DNA of 64,000 nucleotides from assembly GCA_963714015.1 (NCBI GenBank), contig OY970223.1:128001-192000 (forward strand), given 5' to 3'. The notes under the pieces are model-generated. The model was not told the DNA's origin. It did not search any database and worked only from the letters and a program-made list of their open reading frames with translations. Origin of the DNA: Vulcanimicrobiota bacterium. GTDB lineage: Bacteria > Vulcanimicrobiota > Vulcanimicrobiia > Vulcanimicrobiales > Vulcanimicrobiaceae. Made by a program: the position numbers and the translations under genes. How positions within the stretch are numbered: the first letter of the stretch is position 1; every line of letters begins with the position of its first letter. Shown in pieces: positions 56,302 to 64,000 of the stretch.

Positions 56302-56322
56302 CTAAACACCGGCACGCTCGCC

Positions 56323-56394
56323 GAAACGTCCGTTCTGCACGTGCCGCGCAACCACCCGGGATAATACAGCCGGTATTGCAGTTTAGCCGCCGTC
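56323..56394 (+). pseudogene. relic of a further JmjC paralog N-terminus
   Basis: ETSVLHVPRNHPG*YSRYCSLAAV aligns with paralog segments ERKVLYLPRNDAQFFQGDFSLAEV and ERAPFHISRNESGRYDRYFSLQEM. Confidence 0.5.
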
Positions 56395-56606
56395 CGACCT
56401 TAGCGCCGGCTGCACCACATAACGCATAGTCCGATCGGCCCTCACGCCGAACATTTCACGTGTTTCTCAGGTCTTTCTCAGCAGCGGACGCCCCAGCGCA
56501 AGATGGTGCGCAGGGCGTTTGTGGCTCTCTCCACCGGTGCGTTATGCTCTGGTTGTGCCGGTGTATGCGCAACACCGGCGTGCTTACAAACGGAGGCACT
56601 ATTCTT

Positions 56607-56783
56607 ATGGAGTACACCGCACCCAAACTCCTGACGTCGTATGCGGTTCCAGATCTTTACAGCGATGCCAAAGGCTTTGCCAGCGACCCGCTGTATTGCG
56701 ACCCGAACCGGAGTGGCGATCTGGGTAACTACCCGAATTGCAACCCAAGCGCCAACATCGTTTGGCACCAACCGTACGACTAA
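56607..56783 (+). CDS. putative RiPP precursor peptide A2 (58 aa)
   Basis: MEYTAPKLLTSYAVPDLYSDAKGFASDPLYCDPNRSGDLGNYPNCNPSANIVWHQPYD; ACGGAGG RBS; 27/45 identical to A1 without gaps (hand count). Confidence 0.85.
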   Translation: MEYTAPKLLTSYAVPDLYSDAKGFASDPLYCDPNRSGDLGNYPNCNPSANIVWHQPYD

Positions 56784-56812
56784 CGGATTACCGGCGGCTG
56801 GCGCCGCCATCG

Positions 56813-56850
56813 ACGAAGACCCGGCAAGTTCGTGCCGGGTCTTCGTTTTT
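56813..56850 (+). terminator. intrinsic terminator/stabilising hairpin after precursor A2
   Basis: Perfect 14-bp stem ACGAAGACCCGGCA/TGCCGGGTCTTCGT followed by TTTT. Confidence 0.85.
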
Positions 56851-56964
56851 GCATGGGCTATCCGGCCTATGTGAGTTAAGTGTTCCAGGTCACGCCTACG
56901 TGAGGCCGGCGCCCGTTGGCGGCTCGCTCTTCGCGGACTACGCTAGAGGAAAAGGAGCCGACTG

Positions 56965-58191
56965 ATGGCCGCTGTTTCGCGCGATCGCACGACCCTGGCG
57001 TATCTGCTTGCGCCTCTTTCGATCGACGAATTCCTCAATGGGTACGCGCAGAGATCGCCTTTGCACGTCCGACGGGACGTCGAAGCGTATTATGAGCGAT
57101 ACTTCAACCTGAGCGAGTTCGAACGCGTCATATTCGGCTGTAAAATCACGACCGATGATCTGCGGATGATCAAGGACGGAACGCCGGTGCGTGAGGAGTC
57201 CTACATCTGGGAAGCTCCGAAAAAGTATACACCGCCTACGGTAACGTATCGCAGCAGCGTCGTGGACGCAGACCGCTTGGCCGGGCAGTTCGCGCACGGC
57301 TGCACGGTCAACATGAACAACATCGAACGCTACTCGCCTGGCGCGGCGTCGCTCGCCCGCGATCTTTCCGCGTTCTTTCAGAGCGGGGTTGGCGCAAATG
57401 TCTATCTGACGCCGCCGGGAAACCAAGGGTTCGGCGCCCACTACGACACGCACGACACAATGATCTTACAGATCGAGGGATCCAAGCGCTGGCGAGTATA
57501 CGAGCCGACGATCGAGTTGCCGCTCGACCATCAAATTTATCATCGCATCGGACATACGGTGCCCGGTCCATTGCTCTTCGAAACCGATTTGATGCCCGGC
57601 GATTTGCTCTACTTGCCGCGCGGCTTCTTTCACGAAGGGAAAGCCAACGAGGAACTCTCACTCCACGTCACATACAGCATCGCTCAGCCGCGCTGGGTGC
57701 AAGTTGCAATCGAAGCCCTCATGCGAGCCGCGGAATCGGACGTCCGCCTGCGCCGCTTCGCGGTCGATAGTCCTTCCGACGTCCCGGCCGCCCTCGCCGC
57801 GGCGTTGACCCCGGAGTTGCTGCAAGCCGCGCTGGACCGGTTGCGCGCTGAATTCCATGCCGTGTACCGCAGCGAGCTGGACGGCCAGCTGCGCCAGGTT
57901 GCGGCCTTGAACGATCTCTCGGAGCATTCGTTTATCTCCAAACGGCCTAGCGTTCTCTATGACGTCGAGGAAACTCCGAACGGCGTGCGCCTGACCTTCG
58001 CGGGCAAGACGGTCGGTCTTCCAGCCTCTGCAAAAGCCGTTGTCAACGAGCTCGACAGCGTTTCGGCCGTTGCCGTTTCCTCGCTGGTTGCGCACGATCC
58101 TAAGGCGCTCAACATCGTCCGGCGCCTCATTCAGGAAGGCTTTGCCGTTCAATTGCGGCCCGAGCGCAACCACAGCGCATCGGTTGCCTGA
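56965..58191 (+). CDS. JmjC/cupin-4 oxygenase 2
   Basis: NVYLTPPGNQGFGAHYDTHD, PGDLLYLPRGFFHEG; AAGGAG RBS. Confidence 0.93.
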   Translation: MAAVSRDRTTLAYLLAPLSIDEFLNGYAQRSPLHVRRDVEAYYERYFNLSEFERVIFGCKITTDDLRMIKDGTPVREESYIWEAPKKYTPPTVTYRSSVVDADRLAGQFAHGCTVNMNNIERYSPGAASLARDLSAFFQSGVGANVYLTPPGNQGFGAHYDTHDTMILQIEGSKRWRVYEPTIELPLDHQIYHRIGHTVPGPLLFETDLMPGDLLYLPRGFFHEGKANEELSLHVTYSIAQPRWVQVAIEALMRAAESDVRLRRFAVDSPSDVPAALAAALTPELLQAALDRLRAEFHAVYRSELDGQLRQVAALNDLSEHSFISKRPSVLYDVEETPNGVRLTFAGKTVGLPASAKAVVNELDSVSAVAVSSLVAHDPKALNIVRRLIQEGFAVQLRPERNHSASVA

Positions 58192-58213
58192 GCGGCCATG
58201 AACTGCGCATAAA

Positions 58214-59176
58214 ATGATCCCCCAATCAGCCGTGCCGATCCGTCTTATCCGCCGCGAAGGAGAAATCGGCGTCGATTGGCTCCGGCTCACTGCGTCGAAC
58301 ATGTCCGAACCGTTCTTCTTTCAGACCGTAAAACGGCTCAGGGAAGCCGGAGAACGCTACGTTTTCACCGGAGCCGACGAGTTGACGGCCTTTGCCGAAC
58401 GCTCGCACGACGTGAAGACCGCCTTTATTTTTCACGTTTCGCACTGCGGGTCGACGCTTCTCGCAAATGCGTTGAAAACCGTGGCAAATGCAGTTGTGAT
58501 CTCGGAACCGGCGTTGATGACGCCTGGTCAGCTTTTGTCGCCCTCGGCACGAAAGGCGTTCGGCCGATCTACGCTCGAGGCGCTCATCCTGGGCGCCGTC
58601 AACGCTTACGCTCTGAACGGGCCGCCAAAGCGTTACGTGTTTTTTAAGTTCATGGACTTGGCCAGCCTTGCGCTACCGACGCTGCGCCGCATGTTTCCGG
58701 CCGTCCCGTTTGTGTTCATCTATCGCGAACCCAGCCACGTCATTGCCTCGAACCTTGAGGAGGTGCCGGAAGATCTGCGTCTGAGCGCTGCGCCCGACAT
58801 TAAAGCCTTGCTCGGGAAGGATCAGGCTTGGGAGCCTTCCGCGACGGCCTGGTGGTCAGCAATATACGAGGCCGAGTGTCTGCGGGCGGCCGTAGCGCCG
58901 AACACGGTTATGGTAGACTACTGTGATCTGAACGATACCCGCGCAGTTCAGTTGATGTGCCACCTGGGAATGAACAGTGGCGACATCGACAAGGCTGCAG
59001 TCTCGACAACATTCGGGCGCTACTCGAAGGCCTCGCCAACCCAGAACATGACGTTCTCGCCGGCAGCGGACTACGAGCGCCGCCGCACTACGGCAGAACG
59101 AATGGATCCTGGAGAGTATCTCCCCGCAAGCGCAGCTTACCGGCGTCTGCGCGCGATGAAAGCGCGAATCGCATAG
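58214..59176 (+). CDS. sulfotransferase-fold (P-loop) protein
   Basis: FIFHVSHCGSTLL (5'-PSB-like), VISEP, FVFIYREP.HVIAS (3'-PB-like). Confidence 0.75.
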   Translation: MIPQSAVPIRLIRREGEIGVDWLRLTASNMSEPFFFQTVKRLREAGERYVFTGADELTAFAERSHDVKTAFIFHVSHCGSTLLANALKTVANAVVISEPALMTPGQLLSPSARKAFGRSTLEALILGAVNAYALNGPPKRYVFFKFMDLASLALPTLRRMFPAVPFVFIYREPSHVIASNLEEVPEDLRLSAAPDIKALLGKDQAWEPSATAWWSAIYEAECLRAAVAPNTVMVDYCDLNDTRAVQLMCHLGMNSGDIDKAAVSTTFGRYSKASPTQNMTFSPAADYERRRTTAERMDPGEYLPASAAYRRLRAMKARIA

Positions 59177-59183
59177 GAGCGTT

Positions 59184-60416
59184 ATGTGGAACTTTAAGTA
59201 TGACCAAGTGCTGCGCCGTTTCCTGACCCCGGTTCCGCTTGAACGTTTCCTGTCCGAATACTACGAGCGCAAAGTTCTGTACCTTCCGCGAAATGACGCG
59301 CAGTTTTTTCAGGGCGATTTCAGTCTGGCCGAGGTCGATCGATTCCTTCACAGCGTTGAGATTTCGGCCTCTTTTCTGCATGTCCTAAAAGACGGCGTCG
59401 GGACACCCGTCGCGGAGTATTCGCGCAACGTTCCGCGTTCCGATCCCGTTACGCATACCAGCGGCCAGGCGGCGATACTGGACCCGGGTCTCGTCGGCGA
59501 CTTTTTTGCCCGCGGCCATACGCTGCACTTCGATCATATACGTTCGTATAGTCCACAAGCAGCAGCGCTCTGCCGCGAGCTCGAGGGTTTCTTCGGCCAT
59601 CGCATCCGATGCACCGCATTCTTGACGCCGTCGCACAGTAAGGGATTTCGACTTCACTACGACGTGTACGATACATTCATTCTGCAGATTCACGGCTCCA
59701 AACGCTGGCGCGTGTCCGAAACGATGTTTCCGCTGCCGCTCGTGAGCCAGTTTTACACGCCTGACATGCAACCCGGCCCGTTGCTTCTGGATACCGTGCT
59801 GCGCCCTGGGGACTTCTTGTATATGCCGCGCGGCACGTTTCACGAAGCGGCAGCGGACGACGAAGCCTCGCTGCACTTGTCGATCGTGCCGGACCCCCTG
59901 CGATGGGAAGCGGTATTTCACCGCGTGCTGTCGGAGGTTGCGAAGGAAGAACTCCCGCTCCGTAGCAGCACGGCGACTCCGCTGAACGAGGAGGAGCTGG
60001 AAGTCATCGGAAGGCGCGTCTTTTCACGGGTGAGATCCGAAACCGCCAAGGACGAGCTGGAACTCGATTTTTACACGACGCGGCGAAACGACGGCAGCGG
60101 GCAGCTGCAGCAGATCTTGGATGCCGATCGGATCACGCCGCTTACGCAGATCTCCATTCGCGCCGGGTCGCTGTACAGCCTAAGCGAATCGGACCTGACC
60201 GCAACGGTGCGCTTTTCGGCAAAAGTCCTTCAGCTGCCGCGGAGTGCAGCGGAAATCGTCCGAGCTCTCGAATTGAACGGCCCGATGCCCGTGGCGGCGT
60301 TTCTCAAGTACGACGGAAACGCGCTTGCAATCGCGCGCACGTTGCTCAAGAGCGGCTTCTTAATGATGTCCGCGGAGCCGGAGAAGACCGGTGCAGTGCG
60401 CGTCCGATTGGGCTAA
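59184..60416 (+). CDS. JmjC/cupin-4 oxygenase 3 (most divergent)
   Basis: AFLTPSHSKGFRLHYDVYD..LQIHGSKRW, PGDFLYMPRGTFHEA. Confidence 0.92.
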   Translation: MWNFKYDQVLRRFLTPVPLERFLSEYYERKVLYLPRNDAQFFQGDFSLAEVDRFLHSVEISASFLHVLKDGVGTPVAEYSRNVPRSDPVTHTSGQAAILDPGLVGDFFARGHTLHFDHIRSYSPQAAALCRELEGFFGHRIRCTAFLTPSHSKGFRLHYDVYDTFILQIHGSKRWRVSETMFPLPLVSQFYTPDMQPGPLLLDTVLRPGDFLYMPRGTFHEAAADDEASLHLSIVPDPLRWEAVFHRVLSEVAKEELPLRSSTATPLNEEELEVIGRRVFSRVRSETAKDELELDFYTTRRNDGSGQLQQILDADRITPLTQISIRAGSLYSLSESDLTATVRFSAKVLQLPRSAAEIVRALELNGPMPVAAFLKYDGNALAIARTLLKSGFLMMSAEPEKTGAVRVRLG

Positions 60417-61153
60417 AGAGTACGCCGTCGCTTTAGAGGCGCGAGCAAATCCCTGGCCCCGCGCGCTGCAGCCCGGCTCCCTGGGAGCGCTCCTTTCTCC
60501 GGACGAGCGTGAGCCGGACTGCCATCGCTGGCTAGCGCATCGTATCTCCGAGGCGAGGTCGCAGCAGGCATCCCTTGTCGGCCGCGCGCAGGACGCGGTT
60601 CGCATGGAGTTCACGTTGCGCTATTCCTGGTCGATACCGACGCGTGAAGCACTCGATGCAATCGCACGCGCTCGCCGGGTGGAGTCTTAGAGGTCGGCGC
60701 CGGAAACGGCTACTGGTCGTTTCTGCTGCGCTCCCGCGGCATGCCGTTCGTTGCGGTCGACCGTTTTCCGGTTGAGAGCGGTTCAAACCCGGCCTGGAAG
60801 CTCCGATCCGCAGCCCGCTCGCGCCCAATCTCACGCGCCCTGGACGGCCGATGGAGCCGGTAAACGGAAAAGAGATCGCGACAGTACGGCAGCCGAGCCG
60901 GCGCTGCTCATCTGCTGGCTCTATTCGGCGCGCACGCTTCAAACGTATGAAGGCGGCACAATCGTGTTCGTCGGAGAGCCTCGCGGCCGTAACGATTTTC
61001 TACGAATTCTACGACGAACTGCTCGGCGAACTGGAGCGTCGCGGGGCGAGTGAGCGCGATTCCGCGCTTCTTCAACTCCCACGATTCACTTTGGATTTTC
61101 CGCCGAAGAAGCGGCTCCGGACGGCCCGGCCCGATCGGCCCATTCCGGCATGA
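60391..61153 (+). CDS. class I SAM-dependent methyltransferase, multiply frameshifted (possible pseudogene)
   Basis: YSWSIPTREAL, VLEVGAGNGYWSFLL..RG....AVD and LLICW...YEGGTIVFVGE read from different frames; boundaries approximate. Confidence 0.7.
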
Positions 61154-61200
61154 TGCGCCGGTTTGATGGCTCCCGAAGGTTTCCGCGCTAAGCTGCCGCT

Positions 61201-62421
61201 ATGTGGAGCTCATCGGCAGCCGAACGGGCCGTTTTTTCTTGGCTGGTCGCGCCTCATTCCATCGACGATTTCGCCGGGCATTACGAGCGCGCGCCGTTTC
61301 ACATATCGCGCAACGAGTCCGGACGCTACGATCGATATTTCAGTTTGCAGGAGATGGAGCGCGTGCTCTTCGGGTGCGAGCTGAACGTCAAGGATCTGCA
61401 GATCATCAAAGACGGCACCGCCGCTCGCCCCGAGACCTACACTCGCTCGCATTCCGAACCGAAACATCCGCTCGATCAGGCCGCCGGTGAAATCGTGAAC
61501 CCCGACCGCGCGAGCGCCCTCTTCGCAAGCGGGTGCACGGTCGTGCTCGACAACGTCAACAAATATTCCGCGTCGATGGCGTCGCTGTGCCGCGATCTGG
61601 AGATGTTTTTCGGCTGCCACGTCAACCCGAACGTCTACATGACGCCGCCGGGAAATCAAGGCTTCGCGGTTCATTACGACACGCATGACGCGCTGATCGT
61701 CCAAATCCGCGGATCGAAGCACTGGCGCGTGTACGAGTCCGCATTCCGGCTGCCGCTCGAGCATCAATACTGGGACAAGAAACTCTACCCCGCCGGCAAT
61801 ATGGTGCTCGATATGGAGATGCGGCCCGGGGACTTCCTTTACATTCCGCGCGGCTGCCTGCACGAGGCGAAGGCCAATGACGAGCTTTCGCTGCACGTAA
61901 CCATCGGACTCTATCCGACCCTTTGGACGCACGTCGCCGCGCAAGCGCTGATGAGGGCGGCGGAGGCGCTTCCATCGCTGCGGCAGGCGGCCGACGAAGA
62001 CGCAGCGGAGGCAATCTCGGCCGAGCTCGCGCAGGTCCTTGCGCCCGCGCGTCTGACCGAAGCTCTGCGCGCAGCCCGGCGAAGCTGGCGCAACGATCGC
62101 GACAACGGCCTCGAAGGACAACTCGAACAACTCGCCGCGCTGCCGCATCTGAACGAAGCGTCGATCGTGCGCAGGCGTCCGAACCTCTCTTACGAGTGGA
62201 TGGAGACCGAGCGCGGCGTCACGCTCACGTTTTCGGGAAAAACGGTGATACTCTCCAAGTCCGCGGCCGTCGTCATTCGCAAACTCGAAGCGGCCTCCGA
62301 ACTGGACGTCGCCGCACTCTGCGAACAAGACGAAAGTGCGCTCAAAGCGGTGCGCAAGCTGATTCAGGAAGGGTTCGCGATTCAGGAGCTCGGCGGCGAA
62401 CGCCGCTATAGAATCGCGTAG
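61201..62421 (+). CDS. JmjC/cupin-4 oxygenase 4
   Basis: NVYMTPPGNQGFAVHYDTHD, PGDFLYIPRGCLHEA, C-terminal RKLIQEGFA. Confidence 0.93.
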   Translation: MWSSSAAERAVFSWLVAPHSIDDFAGHYERAPFHISRNESGRYDRYFSLQEMERVLFGCELNVKDLQIIKDGTAARPETYTRSHSEPKHPLDQAAGEIVNPDRASALFASGCTVVLDNVNKYSASMASLCRDLEMFFGCHVNPNVYMTPPGNQGFAVHYDTHDALIVQIRGSKHWRVYESAFRLPLEHQYWDKKLYPAGNMVLDMEMRPGDFLYIPRGCLHEAKANDELSLHVTIGLYPTLWTHVAAQALMRAAEALPSLRQAADEDAAEAISAELAQVLAPARLTEALRAARRSWRNDRDNGLEGQLEQLAALPHLNEASIVRRRPNLSYEWMETERGVTLTFSGKTVILSKSAAVVIRKLEAASELDVAALCEQDESALKAVRKLIQEGFAIQELGGERRYRIA

Positions 62422-63668
62422 ATCGTGTGACCGTCGGCGATCAAGATCGTATTTCCTAACAAAACGGGCGGCGAAACGGAAAACGGTTCATTGAACGGCT
62501 GCTCGCGCAACACGCTTCCCGTTGCGGCGTTCAATGTGTAGAACATTCCCGCCGTATCGCCGACGAATACACGCCCTCCGGCGGTCACGGGGCTCATCTT
62601 AATCGGAGCGATCGACGTGAAGCGCCAGCGCACGGCTCCCGATCGCGCGTCGAAGGCGATCAACTCGTCGCTCGTGGGCATTGCTTGAAAATACATGCCC
62701 GCGGCATAGGTGCCGGCGATGGCGCGCTCCGACGATCCGACTTCGGTGTAGGGACCGGTGCGCGGACTGCGGTAGGTCCAGCGAACTGCGCCCGTATGCG
62801 CATCCAGCGCGGTCACGATCGTGCGCCCTTCCTTGCGGCTCGACCAGTTGCTCGCGTCGTTTTCGACGTTGCTTACGAAAATCGATCCCGCGCCGTAGGC
62901 CGGCGAGCAATCCGAATTGCCGAAGGGCGCGCTCCACAGCTGTTTTCCCGATTCCGGGTCGAGCGCATACGTGCGGCAATGATAAGGCCACGTGTAGTCG
63001 CATGCGGAAACGTAGCCCACTCCGCCGGCCAGCGTCGAAGAGGCCATGGTAGCGGGACCGACCAGCGCGTCTTTCCAGCGCAGGTTGCCGGATGCTGCGT
63101 CCAAACCGTAGGCGTGAAAGTCACCGTTCGCAAAAAAGATCGTGCCGCCGTCGATCGCCGGAGAAGGCATGTCTTCGCCGACAGTCGGGAAGGCCCACCG
63201 CTGCGCGCCGGTGCGCGCGTCGAACGCGATCAAACGATCGCCGCCGGGCCGCCCCCAGACGAGATTTCCGCTGTGCTCCGGATCGGTCGAGAGTTTCGGA
63301 TTGGGGATTCGCGCATTCGTCCCGGAACCGACGTACACGATGCCGTTTGCCAGAACCGGCGTCGACATCAATACGTCGTTTGTATGAGTGCGCCACAGCA
63401 CTTTGCCGTTCTTGGCATTAATTGCCAAAAGCTCGTTCGCAAAGGTGTCGACGAAAAGCGTCGTGCCCGCCACCGCGAATCCGCCGTTGACCTGCTGACC
63501 GACGTCGAGCTTCCAATGCGTGCTGAAACCGTCCAGAGGCACGACGGCGTTGTGATCGGGCGTGCGTTGAAACATCGCCCAAGAGTCGGATGGCGACACG
63601 TTCGCGGTCGCGCCATGACTGCACGCGCAGAGAACGGCGAGCAGAGCAAGTACTGAAAGCCTTACCAT
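62406..63668 (-). CDS. PQQ-like (BamB-type) beta-propeller lipoprotein
   Basis: Lipobox-like LCAC after a signal peptide; repeated A.DA.TG...W blades. Confidence 0.85.
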   Translation of the reverse strand: MVRLSVLALLAVLCACSHGATANVSPSDSWAMFQRTPDHNAVVPLDGFSTHWKLDVGQQVNGGFAVAGTTLFVDTFANELLAINAKNGKVLWRTHTNDVLMSTPVLANGIVYVGSGTNARIPNPKLSTDPEHSGNLVWGRPGGDRLIAFDARTGAQRWAFPTVGEDMPSPAIDGGTIFFANGDFHAYGLDAASGNLRWKDALVGPATMASSTLAGGVGYVSACDYTWPYHCRTYALDPESGKQLWSAPFGNSDCSPAYGAGSIFVSNVENDASNWSSRKEGRTIVTALDAHTGAVRWTYRSPRTGPYTEVGSSERAIAGTYAAGMYFQAMPTSDELIAFDARSGAVRWRFTSIAPIKMSPVTAGGRVFVGDTAGMFYTLNAATGSVLREQPFNEPFSVSPPVLLGNTILIADGHTIYAIL

Positions 63669-63779
63669 ACTCGAAGGTTCTTTTTGCAGCCCGATACTCC
63701 CCGCATGCAAACGTCTCATTCTGCCGTAAGCCATTACGCCCATGAAGTCACGACGCCGGGGCTTTACTATCAAAAGAGC

Positions 63780-64000
63780 ATGCGCATCGCCTTCGTCTGT
63801 CCTTTGCTTCCGCCGCATTATAACGGATGCGGAGACGCAACGGATCGGCTTGTGCGCGAGTTCCGGGAACGCGGCGACGAAACGCTCGTGCTTACCGACG
63901 ACGTCGCCGGCGTACTGCATCCCTTTCCGATGAAGAGCGTCGGCGGGTGGGGCGTGCGCTCGCTCTTCGAAACGAAACGCGCGGTGGCGGCCTTCCGGCC
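63780..64000 (+). CDS. GT-B (GT4-like) glycosyltransferase, N-terminal part, runs off the window
   Basis: Hand translation MRIAFVCPLLPPHYNGCGDATDRLVREFRERGDETLVLT...AVAAFR; open to the window end. Confidence 0.7.
   Translation, partial: MRIAFVCPLLPPHYNGCGDATDRLVREFRERGDETLVLTDDVAGVLHPFPMKSVGGWGVRSLFETKRAVAAFR

Noticed and set aside
54778..56783. Peptides as lasso peptide precursors (YxxP motif)
   Set aside because: No Gly/penultimate-Thr leader pattern, and no lasso cyclase or B2 protease in the window
55065..62421. JmjC genes as ordinary roxA/ycfD ribosomal hydroxylases
   Set aside because: Four tandem paralogs interleaved with small peptides and transferases do not fit a single-copy housekeeping role, so no gene symbol was assigned; not formally excluded

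Overview
GC-rich bacterial chromosomal window. The mix of a TonB-dependent receptor (outer membrane), Gram-positive-type SOS boxes and cyclase-STAND proteins suggests Vulcanimicrobiota (Eremiobacterota); this is inference. Many single-base frameshifts hit conserved genes (panC, patA and others), which points to uncorrected long-read errors. Contents: (i) housekeeping genes rplM-rpsI, thyA-folA, truA, greA-lysS, panC-coaBC-coaX, dusB and lexA; (ii) a 50-aa metallothionein missed by the ORF track; (iii) a PucR-associated polyamine catabolism locus with a TonB receptor and flavin amine oxidase (9.8-25.1 kb); (iv) an aminotransferase/SRPBCC/acyl-ACP-reductase-like operon with a tandem 106-bp palindromic element (32-36 kb); (v) two cyclase-STAND proteins and an ECF sigma/anti-sigma pair. 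The main finding is (vi), a candidate new RiPP-type cluster at about 53-62.4 kb. It has two paralogous 56/58-aa precursor peptides (shared YxAP-containing N-terminus, GFASDP, C-x13-C, C-terminal YD) interleaved with four NO66/RoxA-like JmjC oxygenases. A sulfotransferase-fold protein, a SAM methyltransferase and a carnitine/choline-acyltransferase-like protein accompany them. No class-defining enzyme of an established RiPP class is visible. All family calls come from motif recognition by eye, not database searches.
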